Shown: piece by piece, positions 1 through 8,599 of the stretch
How positions within the stretch are numbered: the stretch's first letter is position 1
Layout: each line of letters begins with the position of its first letter
NCBI GenBank assembly: GCA_001767435.1
Contig: MEKT01000101.1
Coordinates: 13,054-77,053, forward strand
Length of the DNA: 64,000 nucleotides
Direction of reading: 5' to 3'
From: Acidobacteria bacterium RIFCSPLOWO2_02_FULL_65_29
GTDB lineage: Bacteria > Acidobacteriota > Vicinamibacteria > Vicinamibacterales > CAVVIG01
Notes under the pieces: model-generated
Told to the model about the DNA's origin: nothing
Databases searched by the model: none
The model's input: only the letters and a program-made list of their open reading frames with translations
Made by a program: the position numbers and the translations under genes

Positions 1-1484
1 GCCACGGCCAGCAGCTCCTCGTCGGGCACGCTGCTCCAGAGAAAAAACGCAAGGCGCGAGGCCAGGGCGACATCGCTCAGACGATAGGCCGTGCGCGGCG
101 CGACGCCCTGAGGATCGCGCTCGATGCGAAACAGGAATTCCGGACTCGTCAGCGTGGCCCGAAGCGCCATTTCAACGCCGGCCTCGAAGCCGCCGGAACG
201 GCGCGCGTCCGTGTAGAACCGGACGAGCGGCGCGATGTCGCCGTCGCCGACCGGACGCCTGTAGGCACGGCGCGCGAAGGCGGAAATGATCCGGCGCGCG
301 CACCGAACATCGTCACCGCCGACGGCGCGGCCGGGCGCCCCGGGGACAACGTCGGGCCTGCAGACGAAAATGCGGGCGCGACTTGGCGTCTCGCCGGGTC
401 CCTTCGGATCGAACGGACCCTCGATCGACACCGAATGCACCGCCGGCTGGACGCGCGGGTGGCGGTCCATGTTGAAGTGTGACTGGTACGGCTGACGCTC
501 GGTCTCGATGAGCGCCGAGTTGTTCCGCAGGAACGTCGCGCCGACGACGTGCGGACCCGATCCGACGCGCATACGCACGTCCAAACCTTGGTCGACGCCC
601 TCATCGGCGTAGTACGCGCCCGACCGGTTCCGATTCGGCGTGATGGTGAACACCTGCAGCCGCTGGCCGTCCAGCGTGATCTCCAGCTGGTGCGGTTCGG
701 TGAGCCCTTCCACGTTTTCATTGCGGTCCCGCGACAGCCGCACTTGAATCCGGTACTCGCCGTCGTTCGGGAATGTGTGGTCGACGGCTACGCCGCCTCG
801 CGTGCCGAGCGGCAGGCCATCGATGCGACCTTCCTGTGTCAGATCCGGCGGCAGCACCACCACGCGACCGACCGGCCGTGGCAGGGGGCTGCCCACGGCC
901 AGGCGGCTGATCTTCTGCGCGGCCGACAAGTAGCGCTCCATGAGCGTGGGCGAGAGCCCCGCCACGCTCACATTGTCGAACCCGTAGCTCGCATCGTCGC
1001 TCGGAAGCAGATCCGCGACGTCCACGTCGAGCGCCAGCAGGTCGCGAATGGCGTTCTGGTATTCGGTCCGATTCAGGCGGCGGAACGGATCGGTTCGACC
1101 GGGATCGGGATGAATGGCCGCATGCCGATCGAGGGCGGTTTCGAGAGACGTCAACAGGCCGGCGTACGCGCGCGCATCGGGCCGCGGCGAACCGGCCGGA
1201 GGCATGGCGCCCGCGCGCAGCTTGCGCACGGCCTTCTCCCACACGTCCGGGTTGTCATCGATGCGCTCGACCGAGACCGCGTCGAGCGCGAGCCCGCCGG
1301 TCTTCAACCGTGAGTTATGGCAGCCCACGCAGTACTTCTCGACGAGCGCCCGCTCGGCGGAGGCGGCAGACGCAACCGCCGCAGCGGCCGACGAGGGCTG
1401 CTGCGGATCGAACGCCGCCGGCACGGCAGCCGAAAAGGCCAGCAAGGTGCAGGCGGCGGCCGCCACCAGCCGCCGTTTCGTCAT
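1..1484 (-). CDS. DUF1587/DUF1592/DUF1595-type protein with N-terminal cytochrome c motif; 3' end lies outside the window
   Basis: Absent from the ORF track because it runs off the left edge. Own translation from the ATG at 1484: MTKRRLVAAAACTLLAFSAA (signal peptide), EKYCVGCHNSRLKTGG (CxxCH), FRRLNRTEYQNAIRDLL, SPEFLFRIERDP, LASRLAFFLWSSVPDEELL. Confidence 0.8.
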   Translation of the reverse strand, partial: MTKRRLVAAAACTLLAFSAAVPAAFDPQQPSSAAAAVASAASAERALVEKYCVGCHNSRLKTGGLALDAVSVERIDDNPDVWEKAVRKLRAGAMPPAGSPRPDARAYAGLLTSLETALDRHAAIHPDPGRTDPFRRLNRTEYQNAIRDLLALDVDVADLLPSDDASYGFDNVSVAGLSPTLMERYLSAAQKISRLAVGSPLPRPVGRVVVLPPDLTQEGRIDGLPLGTRGGVAVDHTFPNDGEYRIQVRLSRDRNENVEGLTEPHQLEITLDGQRLQVFTITPNRNRSGAYYADEGVDQGLDVRMRVGSGPHVVGATFLRNNSALIETERQPYQSHFNMDRHPRVQPAVHSVSIEGPFDPKGPGETPSRARIFVCRPDVVPGAPGRAVGGDDVRCARRIISAFARRAYRRPVGDGDIAPLVRFYTDARRSGGFEAGVEMALRATLTSPEFLFRIERDPQGVAPRTAYRLSDVALASRLAFFLWSSVPDEELLAV

Positions 1485-1561
1485 GGCGGTCTCCACTGCC
1501 CATTAAGGTAAGGCATTCGAAGGCCCTTGGCCACGGTTTTCCGCTCCGAGGGCGCTCCGAT

Positions 1562-1605
1562 GGGGTCTGACCCCACTCTGACCCCACTCTGACCCCACTC
1601 TGACC
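1562..1605 (+). repeat. 11-nt tandem array: GGGGTCTGACC followed by 3x CCACTCTGACC
   Basis: Read directly. It ends 19 nt before the ATG at 1625. The same array occurs at 48734-48766, in the same orientation relative to its downstream gene. Confidence 0.85.
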
Positions 1606-1624
1606 CGCCTATGATGGTGATCGA

Positions 1625-2284
1625 ATGGCCCTGGTCAAGCTGCTGGAAGCGCTCGGACGGCTTCCCGCCGAAATCTGGCTGCTCCCGCCCATTGTGATCC
1701 TGGCCACGGTGACGGCCATCGGCCTCATGCTGCGAAGCAGCAGGCTGCGCCGGTTTCGCGCCATCGCCGACCGTACCGGGCTCGAGGTGAAAGCGAAGAT
1801 TTTCGATGCCTCGGAAGTGCGTGGAACGTTCCGCGGCCGTGCGCTCGTGATGACGACGGCTTCCTCGCGCCGTCCGACGTGGCGGAAGACGTGGACGCTG
1901 GTGACGGTGGACGTGAAGAACCCGGAGTTCATCACCCTGCACCTGGATCACCAGGATGTCATGGACACCCTGCTTGCGTCGGTCGGGATGTCCGACATCC
2001 GGATCGGCGACGAGGCGTTCGACAGGCAGTTCGTGATCAGATCGAACGAGCCGGACCTGGTGAAGCAACTTTTTCAGAGCGCCGAGCTTCGCGAGGGACT
2101 ATTGCGCGCCGGTGTCGACCGCGTGGATCTCATCGGCTCGAAGCTGCATGCCTACTACACGCGCGAGGAACGCGATCCAGAGCACGCCGAGCTGTTCTTC
2201 ACGGCCGTGACACGTCTGGCCGAAGGCATCGACGCCCTCGAACACGACGACGTGCCTGAGATCATTCGTGTCGATCGACGATGA
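1625..2284 (+). CDS. hypothetical membrane-anchored protein
   Basis: 219-aa ORF with normal amino-acid composition and one N-terminal hydrophobic helix (IWLLPPIVILATVTAIGLML). No family recognised. Confidence 0.6.
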   Translation: MALVKLLEALGRLPAEIWLLPPIVILATVTAIGLMLRSSRLRRFRAIADRTGLEVKAKIFDASEVRGTFRGRALVMTTASSRRPTWRKTWTLVTVDVKNPEFITLHLDHQDVMDTLLASVGMSDIRIGDEAFDRQFVIRSNEPDLVKQLFQSAELREGLLRAGVDRVDLIGSKLHAYYTREERDPEHAELFFTAVTRLAEGIDALEHDDVPEIIRVDRR

Positions 2285-2377
2285 TGTGGGGGAATGCGCC
2301 GGACCGCTCACCGAGCGTCGGCGTCGAACAGGGCGTCCAGCAGTATAGAATTGTCCACTGGAACCGTGGAGGTCACC

Positions 2378-3508
2378 ATGACACAGGCACTTCTTCGAAG
2401 AACTATCGGCGTCGCGGCCCTGTCGATTGGGCTCGCCGGCTGCAACCAGGGCACGGACGCACAGGGCGGCGGCAAGCCGGTCCCGTACAAGGTTGGCACG
2501 TTCGACCAGAGCGGCCGCGCGTTTGTCGCCATCGTGCTCAACGAGACGCAGGTCGTCGACATCGGGCCGGCGAACGCGGCGTGGGAGAGTGGCAATGCCT
2601 CGGCGCCGAAGTTGGCGATGCCCGCGACGATGACCGATCTCATCACGCGGTACGAGGCCGAGCTCAAGCCGCGGCTGGCGGCCATCGCGAGCAGCGTGAC
2701 GGCTTCGTCGAGCGCGCCAGCTTACGCCTACGCAATCGACACCCTCAAGATTCTTCCGCCGGTGCGGCCGTCGGTCATCCTCAACGCGGGCGGCAACTAC
2801 GTCGAGCACACCGAGGGCATCGCGGCGCAGCAGCAGCGCGCCGGCGCCGCGCCGGCAGCCACCTCGCCGGCCGTCTCGGCGCCCGGCATCTGGGAGCGCA
2901 AAGCCGGCGACAACCGCGACAACCCCTACCTGTTCATGAAGTCGCCGACGGTCGTCATCGGGGCCAAGGATCCGATCGTGATGCCGCGCGGCCGCCAGAA
3001 CATCGATTTCGAATGCGAGTTCGACGTGGTCATCGGCAAGAGGGCCAAGTACGTGCCGATCGCCAGTGCGGCCGACCACATCTTTGGGTACACGATTCAG
3101 ATCGACGTGTCGGACCGCGGCGGACGCGGCGACAGGAAGATGGGCGGATCGGACTGGCTGGTCGGCAAGAACCACGACACGTTCGGCCCGCTCGGGCCCT
3201 TCATCGTGCCGAAAGAGTTCGTGAAGGATCCGATGAACATCCGTCACGTGTTCACGTTGAGCGGGCAGGTGATGCAGGACTCGAACACGAACCGGATGGG
3301 CCATAACATCTACGAGCTGCTCCACTACGCGTCGAACATCTTGACGCTCAACCCCGGGGACGTGGTGTCGGGCGGGAGTCCTGCCGGCACCAACATCGAG
3401 CGCGCCGAGCCGCGCTGGATGCGGGCTGGCGACACCGCCGTGTGCATGATCGAGGGCATTGGCGAGCAGACGCACTCGGTCGTCGCCGAGGCGTCGCAGA
3501 CGAACTGA
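2378..3508 (+). CDS. fumarylacetoacetate hydrolase (FAH) family protein, probable lipoprotein
   Basis: Start moved to the ATG at 2378, which has GGAGG 6 nt upstream. Signal peptide with lipobox (LSIGLAGCNQG). FAH-type C-terminal half: PYLFMKSPT, DFECEFDVVIGK, GYTIQIDVSDR, LNPGDVVSGGSPAGT. Confidence 0.85.
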   Translation: MTQALLRRTIGVAALSIGLAGCNQGTDAQGGGKPVPYKVGTFDQSGRAFVAIVLNETQVVDIGPANAAWESGNASAPKLAMPATMTDLITRYEAELKPRLAAIASSVTASSSAPAYAYAIDTLKILPPVRPSVILNAGGNYVEHTEGIAAQQQRAGAAPAATSPAVSAPGIWERKAGDNRDNPYLFMKSPTVVIGAKDPIVMPRGRQNIDFECEFDVVIGKRAKYVPIASAADHIFGYTIQIDVSDRGGRGDRKMGGSDWLVGKNHDTFGPLGPFIVPKEFVKDPMNIRHVFTLSGQVMQDSNTNRMGHNIYELLHYASNILTLNPGDVVSGGSPAGTNIERAEPRWMRAGDTAVCMIEGIGEQTHSVVAEASQTN

Positions 3509-3524
3509 CGCGGGGTCGAGTCCC

Positions 3525-4364
3525 ATGCGACTGCGGGTCGGCGCGGCGACAGACGTCGGACGTCAGCGCACGAACAACGAGGACGCGTACGCCTCGCTGC
3601 CTGACCAAGGCCTGTTCGTGCTGTGCGACGGCATGGGTGGAACCGCGGCCGGTGAAGTGGCCAGCCGCCTTGCGGTCGACACCATCGTGGGCCAGTTGAA
3701 GGCGGCCGAATCGACCGGGCGTGCCGACCCTTCGGGGGAGGGCGAAGACGGCTACCTGCTCGAGACCGCACAGCTCGCGGAAGCCGTGCGCCGGTCGAAT
3801 CGGTCGATCTACGAGCAGGCGCAACAGAACGCCGGCCAGGCCGAGATGGGGACCACGGTCGTCGGGGCCTGGATCAGGCAGAATATGGCCAGCCTCGCGC
3901 ACGTCGGCGACAGCCGGGCGTACCTCTGGCACGGCCATCGTCTCGAAGCGCTCACGAACGACCATTCACTCGTCGAGGCGCGGGTTCAAGCGGGTCTGTT
4001 GGATCGCGAGGAGAGCCTGAAGTCGGAAGACCAGAACATCCTGCTGCGGGCCCTGGGGCGCGAGCCCGACGTCGACGTCGACCTTCACGAGGTGCCTTTG
4101 CAACCGGGCGATTACCTCGTGCTGTGCAGCGACGGGCTGACCCGCATGGTTCCGGACGGGGAGATGGCCGAAGCGATTGCGCGTGTGCGTGAGCCTGAAC
4201 TGATTTGCCGCCACCTGGTCGATGCCGCCAATCGCAACGGCGGCGTCGACAACATCACGGTGATCGTGGTGGAAGTGGAAGAAGGTTGGTGGCGTCGCCT
4301 CTGGAACCGGTGGGGGCGACCGAGCGGAGGAGGACGGAATGCCACGGTTAGTCCTGCAGTTTGA
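3525..4364 (+). CDS. PP2C-family Ser/Thr protein phosphatase
   Basis: MRLRVGAATDVGRQRTNNEDAY, LFVLCDGMGG, LVLCSDGL, NGGVDNITVIVV. Start taken at the ATG at 3525. Confidence 0.85.
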   Translation: MRLRVGAATDVGRQRTNNEDAYASLPDQGLFVLCDGMGGTAAGEVASRLAVDTIVGQLKAAESTGRADPSGEGEDGYLLETAQLAEAVRRSNRSIYEQAQQNAGQAEMGTTVVGAWIRQNMASLAHVGDSRAYLWHGHRLEALTNDHSLVEARVQAGLLDREESLKSEDQNILLRALGREPDVDVDLHEVPLQPGDYLVLCSDGLTRMVPDGEMAEAIARVREPELICRHLVDAANRNGGVDNITVIVVEVEEGWWRRLWNRWGRPSGGGRNATVSPAV

Positions 4365-5160
4365 AGGCCGGACCCTGCAAGAGCAGGGGGTCGGAGCCAC
4401 CGTCACGATCGGGCGGCTCCCCGACAACGTTCTGGTGATCGAGAATCCCGCGGTGTCGGGCCGTCACGCGCGCGTGTTTCGCGAGGGCGACGACTTCGTC
4501 GTCGAGGATCTGCAGAGCACCAACGGCACCTTCGTCAACGAGAAGCGCGTGACGCGGCAGACGCTGCAGGACGGCGATGTGGTGCTCGTCGGCAAGCACA
4601 AGCTCGTGTTCGACCGGGCCGGCGGAGACGATGCGCCCGCGGAGGCCGGGCCGGCAACGCTACCCGACATGGGCGGCACGATGTATCTCGACACCAAGCA
4701 GCACCGGGCCATGCTGGGGTCGCTCAAAGCCCAGGTGGCGGCGGCGAAGGAGGCCGGAGCACCCGCGAAAGGCGCCGAGGGACCCGCGAAGGGCGCTGAG
4801 GCACCCGCGAAGGGCGTTGAGGCACCTGCGAAGGGCGCCGAGGCGCCAGCCAAAGTCGCCGCGCCGCAGAAGGTGGCCGTGCTGCGGGTCGTCTCCGGGC
4901 GCGCCGATCAGTCGGAGTACCGCCTGAGGTCCAACACAACGCTCATCGGCAAGTCGGACACGGCGGTCGTGCGCCTGAAGGGCTGGTTCAAGCCGAAGGT
5001 CGCGTTGGCTATCGCACGGACAGGCGACCGCTACGTGGCGACACCCCTTGGCGGCAAGACGCTCGTCAACGGCGAGCCGCTGCAGGGCCGCCGCGATTTG
5101 AAGGACGGCGACGTGCTGCAGGTCAGCGGATTGGTCCTGGAATTCAGCCTCCCACAGTAG
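4339..5160 (+). CDS. FHA domain-containing protein: two FHA-like modules separated by a repeat linker
   Basis: N-terminal FHA (TIGRLPDNVLVIENPAVSGRHARV, STNGTFVN) and a C-terminal FHA-like module (TLIGKSDTAVVRL, VNGEPL). Overlaps the PP2C gene by 26 nt. Confidence 0.85.
   Translation: MPRLVLQFEGRTLQEQGVGATVTIGRLPDNVLVIENPAVSGRHARVFREGDDFVVEDLQSTNGTFVNEKRVTRQTLQDGDVVLVGKHKLVFDRAGGDDAPAEAGPATLPDMGGTMYLDTKQHRAMLGSLKAQVAAAKEAGAPAKGAEGPAKGAEAPAKGVEAPAKGAEAPAKVAAPQKVAVLRVVSGRADQSEYRLRSNTTLIGKSDTAVVRLKGWFKPKVALAIARTGDRYVATPLGGKTLVNGEPLQGRRDLKDGDVLQVSGLVLEFSLPQ
4759..4853 (+). repeat. in-frame 21-nt tandem repeat, about 4.5 copies, encoding (A/G)PAKG(A/V)E
   Basis: GCACCCGCGAAGGGCGCTGAG-type units read directly inside the FHA gene linker. 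Confidence 0.8.
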
Positions 5161-5176
5161 CGCGACACCGACGCGA

Positions 5177-5427
5177 GAGCGCTTTTCGCCGGCGTGTAGT
5201 GCAGGACTTTAGTCCTGCCTGCCGCGGCACGCGTGCAGGTCTGAAGACCTGCGCTACACCATTCTGAAAACTGCTGTAGCCCGTTAGGCGGAACGAGGAC
5301 GACATTCTCGTTTCGACCAGCGTAACGGGCTGGAGCGCTTTTCATGCGCGTGTAGCGCGGGACTTCAGTCCCGCCTAGCGCCGGCCTATTGCAGGTCTAA
5401 AGACCTGCGCTACACGGAATCGAAAAC
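5177..5427 (+). repeat. two ~94-nt direct copies of a structured GTGTAG...CTACAC element flanking a ~60-nt hairpin
   Basis: Copy 1 is about 5177-5270 and copy 2 about 5333-5427. Each carries the hairpins GCAGGAC-TTTA-GTCCTGC (GCGGGAC-TTCA-GTCCCGC in copy 2) and GCAGGTCT-nn-AGACCTGC, closed by GTGTAG/CTACAC. A half copy lies inverted at 52836-52880. Confidence 0.75.
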
Positions 5428-5431
5428 GGCT

Positions 5432-6259
5432 CTAACCGAACTGAAACGCCGACACGGGTTTTCCGAGCAGCCGATCCTGATAGGTTCGTCTGCCTGGATC
5501 GTTCAGCGCGGCTCCGACGGCGACGTGCAACGGAAGCAGATGCTCCGGAGTCGGATGCGACGCCCGTGCGCCAGGTGCCCTCTGCCAGTCGGCCAGTTTC
5601 GTATCACGCGACACCGGATCGGGATCAGTCGCCGCGTCGACGAGCCACCGATCGAACTCCTCCGCCGCTCGATTGCTGTCGGGACGATCGGCAAAGAACT
5701 CGCGCAGGTTGTGGTAGCTCATTCCGCTCCCGACGATGAGCACGCCCTCGTCGCGGAGTGGCGCGAGCGCGCGGCCGAGGGCGAGATGCCGAGCGGCGTC
5801 TCGGCTGGCGTCGAGAGACAGCTGGACGAGCGGCACGTCGGCGGCCGGATACATGACCTTGAGCGGAATGAACACGCCGTGATCCAGGCCGCGGCTGCGC
5901 TCCTCGACCGAGGCGAAGCCGGCCCCAGCCAGAAGCGATCGAACGCGCGCGGCGAGCGACGGCGAACCGGCCACCGGGTAGGTGAGCCGATACGTGTGTT
6001 CGGGAAATCCCGAGTAATCGAAGAGCAGCGGCGGCCGCTCGGCGCCGTTGACAGCCAGGGGCGTCGCTTCCCAGTGTCCCGAGATCACCAGAATTGCCGA
6101 CGGCCGTTCACCGAGCGAGGCGTCGATGCCCCGAAGATACGACGCCATGCCATGCCACATGTCCGGCGGCAGGCCGGGCATCGGGTCCATGAAGAAGCAC
6201 GGTCCCCCGCCGTGCGGGATGAACAGCGTCGGCCATCGACGGGTGGACATGGTAATCAC
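5432..6259 (-). CDS. class III extradiol ring-cleavage dioxygenase (DODA/LigB-type)
   Basis: LFIPHGGGP, VISGHWE, LDHGVFIPL, VGSGMSYHN. Confidence 0.8.
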   Translation of the reverse strand: MITMSTRRWPTLFIPHGGGPCFFMDPMPGLPPDMWHGMASYLRGIDASLGERPSAILVISGHWEATPLAVNGAERPPLLFDYSGFPEHTYRLTYPVAGSPSLAARVRSLLAGAGFASVEERSRGLDHGVFIPLKVMYPAADVPLVQLSLDASRDAARHLALGRALAPLRDEGVLIVGSGMSYHNLREFFADRPDSNRAAEEFDRWLVDAATDPDPVSRDTKLADWQRAPGARASHPTPEHLLPLHVAVGAALNDPGRRTYQDRLLGKPVSAFQFG

Positions 6260-6267
6260 CGTGGTTA

Positions 6268-6307
6268 ACAGTCAACAGTCAGTCGACAGTCGACAGTCGA
6301 CAGTCAG
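6268..6307. repeat. heptamer tandem array (ACAGTCA / GTCGACA units)
   Basis: Read directly, between the dioxygenase start and the DoxX stop. Confidence 0.8.
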
Positions 6308-6353
6308 CGGAACTGTGACCTGTGAATTGTTGGCGATGTGTTCGTTCGCATCG

Positions 6354-6857
6354 TTACGCTGTCGCCGCCGGCGCCGGACGCCTGAGTGCCAGATTTGCCG
6401 CGCCACCGAGGCCACCGATTGCGAGCGCCGCCCACGAGATCGACGGCGTCCACAGAGGCGTGAGGCCGAGCACCGCGTCGAGCGAGTAGGCGCCGGGGCC
6501 GGTCAGCGCGAGCGCGGCTGCGCCGGCCGCGTACAAGAGCGGGAGCTCGATGCCGTTGCTCATGGCGAACAGCCCGTTTCGCCAGTGCACGCTCACGGCC
6601 GCCACGACCATCACGGCGAGCAGGATCGCGGGACCGACGGGGCCGAGCAGTCCAAACGTGATCAGCACGCCGCTTCCCACTTCTCCGACCGCTGCCGCGG
6701 CCGCGAACGCTCGGCCGGGCCTGAAGCCTAGTGTCTCGAACATTCCGCCCGCGCCGGCCAGCCCGTGGCCGCCGAACCACCCGAAGAGCTTCTGCGCGCC
6801 GTGGGCCGCCATAAGGGGACCCAGCACCAACCGAGCCAGCACCAATCCTGCATCCAT
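6354..6857 (-). CDS. DoxX family membrane protein
   Basis: The track ORF (266 aa) is trimmed to the ATG at 6857, which has AAGGAG 7 nt upstream. MDAGLVLARLVLGPLMAAHGAQKLFGWFGG is a typical DoxX N-terminus, and four hydrophobic segments are present. Confidence 0.85.
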   Translation of the reverse strand: MDAGLVLARLVLGPLMAAHGAQKLFGWFGGHGLAGAGGMFETLGFRPGRAFAAAAAVGEVGSGVLITFGLLGPVGPAILLAVMVVAAVSVHWRNGLFAMSNGIELPLLYAAGAAALALTGPGAYSLDAVLGLTPLWTPSISWAALAIGGLGGAANLALRRPAPAATA

Positions 6858-6908
6858 GGGCGTCGCTCCTTGATCGATCGGCCGCCGTCCGGCCGCACCG
6901 TAGGTATG

Positions 6909-6949
6909 ACTATAATTAGTATAGTTACTGTTTGTCAAGTAGCTACTTG
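6909..6949. promoter_or_regulatory. AT-rich divergent control region with two palindromes (candidate HxlR operator)
   Basis: ACTATA-ATTAG-TATAGT (6909-6925) and the perfect 14-bp palindrome CAAGTAGCTACTTG (6936-6949). This is the only AT-rich stretch between the divergent DoxX and HxlR genes. Confidence 0.4.
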
Positions 6950-6990
6950 CAATATCGATCTTCAACGCGTATCCTTGCTCGTAACGCCCA

Positions 6991-7371
6991 ATGCGAGATG
7001 CTCCCGAACCCGGGCCTGAGCTCTGTCCCCGGTTCCACAAGGCCAGCGAGCTCATCGGACGCCGGTGGACCGGCGCGATCATCTTCGTGCTGCTCCGCGC
7101 CCGGTGCCGGTTCGCCGCCTTGCGGGATGCGATCCCCGACATCACCGATCGCATGCTGTGCGACCGGCTTCAGGAGCTCGAGCACGAAGGCATCGTGGAA
7201 CGGACGGTCGTGCCGAAGACACCCGTGCGCGTGGAGTACGCGCTGACGAAGAAGGGCCGCGCCCTCGCGTCGGCCTTCGAGGCGATCTCCGACTGGGCGC
7301 ACAAGTGGGTCGTGCTGGACCAGCCGTCCGCCAAACACGAGAAGTCGGCGCGCGCCCGGCGCCGCGCCTGA
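6991..7371 (+). CDS. HxlR-family (MarR-like) transcriptional regulator
   Basis: CPRFHKASELIGRRWTGAIIFVLL, FAALRDAIPDITDRMLCDRLQELEHEGIVER, VEYALTKKG. Confidence 0.85.
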   Translation: MRDAPEPGPELCPRFHKASELIGRRWTGAIIFVLLRARCRFAALRDAIPDITDRMLCDRLQELEHEGIVERTVVPKTPVRVEYALTKKGRALASAFEAISDWAHKWVVLDQPSAKHEKSARARRRA

Positions 7372-7385
7372 AAGTCGAGGATTCC

Positions 7386-8288
7386 ATGTCTCTTCGGCCG
7401 GTCAAGCACGTCATTCAGTCGAAGCCGACGCTCGAAGGCGCCGGCGTGAAACTGCGCCGCGCCTTCGGGTTCGGCGACACCACCGACTTCGACCCGTTTC
7501 TGCTCTTCGACGATTTCAGAAACGACGCGCCCGAAAACTACCGGCGCGGGTTCCCCTGGCACCCGCATCGCGGCATCGAGACCATCACGTACGTGCTCTC
7601 CGGCAACGTCGAGCACGCCGACAGCCTCGGCAACCACGGCACGCTCGGCGACGGCGACGTGCAGTGGATGACGGCCGGCAGCGGCATCATCCATCAGGAA
7701 ATGCCCAAGGGTGATCCCCAGGGCCGGATGCACGGATTCCAGCTCTGGGCGAACCTGCCCTCCTCGTTGAAGATGACCACGCCGCGCTATCAGGACGTGT
7801 CGTCGGCCGACATCCCCGAGATCGTGGACGACGATGGCACGCGCGTGCGCGTGGTGTGCGGAACGTTTCAGGGAACGAGAGGCCCGGTGGATGGGATCGC
7901 CGCCGATCCGATCTACATCGACGTCTCGATCCCGGCGGGTCGCCAGAAGACCCTGCCCGTCGAGGTGTCACGCCATGCGTTTGCGTACGTCTTTGCCGGC
8001 TCAGGCGGCTTTCGGGATGCCTCCGACCCGCATCCGGTGAAGACCGACCCGCTCGACGGCGCCGTCAATCCAGCAGACAACGTGGGCAATCGATCGCTCA
8101 TCCTGTTCGACCGGGGCGACGAGGTGGTCGTGCGCGCCGGAGACGAGGGTGTTCGATTCCTACTCGTCTCGGGCAAACCCCTCGAGGAACCCGTCGCGTG
8201 GTACGGGCCGATTGTCATGAACACCGAGCAGGAGCTGCAACGTGCCTTCGCGGAGCTTCGCGACGGGACGTTCATCAGACATCCTTAG
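7386..8288 (+). CDS. pirin family protein
   Basis: Start at the ATG at 7386, downstream of GAGGA. FPWHPHRGIETITYVLSG, GDVQWMTAGSGIIHQEMP, GFQLWANLP, AWYGPIVMNT. Confidence 0.9.
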   Translation: MSLRPVKHVIQSKPTLEGAGVKLRRAFGFGDTTDFDPFLLFDDFRNDAPENYRRGFPWHPHRGIETITYVLSGNVEHADSLGNHGTLGDGDVQWMTAGSGIIHQEMPKGDPQGRMHGFQLWANLPSSLKMTTPRYQDVSSADIPEIVDDDGTRVRVVCGTFQGTRGPVDGIAADPIYIDVSIPAGRQKTLPVEVSRHAFAYVFAGSGGFRDASDPHPVKTDPLDGAVNPADNVGNRSLILFDRGDEVVVRAGDEGVRFLLVSGKPLEEPVAWYGPIVMNTEQELQRAFAELRDGTFIRHP

Positions 8289-8337
8289 AGAAGGCGATGG
8301 ACGCTCGCCTGGCACGTTCTATGGCACGATATGAACC

Positions 8338-8598
8338 ATGGTTACGACCATGGATCAGACTGGCCGCCTGGTCATCCCGAGTCAGATTCGGCGCGAAGCG
8401 TCGCTCCAGCCGGGCACACCCCTCGACGTTCGGTGGCGCGACGGCGTGCTTGAAATCGAGCCGCAGCCGCTTCCCGTGGTGCTCCAGCGAAAAGGCCGCC
8501 TGCTCGTCGCCACACCTACTGGCCGAGTTCCGGTCCTCCGGACCGCTACGGTTGAACGGACGCGGCGCGATCTGTCGGGCCGGCGCGGCAGGGACTGA
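8338..8598 (+). CDS. AbrB/MazE/SpoVT-type antitoxin-like DNA-binding protein
   Basis: GRLVIPSQIRREASLQPGTPLDVRWRDGVLEIEP is a swapped-hairpin AbrB-like motif. Confidence 0.7.
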   Translation: MVTTMDQTGRLVIPSQIRREASLQPGTPLDVRWRDGVLEIEPQPLPVVLQRKGRLLVATPTGRVPVLRTATVERTRRDLSGRRGRD

Positions 8599-8599
8599 C

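Noticed and set aside
2099-3526. 475-aa minus-strand ORF covering the FAH gene
   Set aside because: It is antisense to a gene with clear family motifs. The product is Arg/Ala/Asp/His/Val-rich with no recognisable domain. This is a typical stop-free shadow frame of GC-rich DNA.
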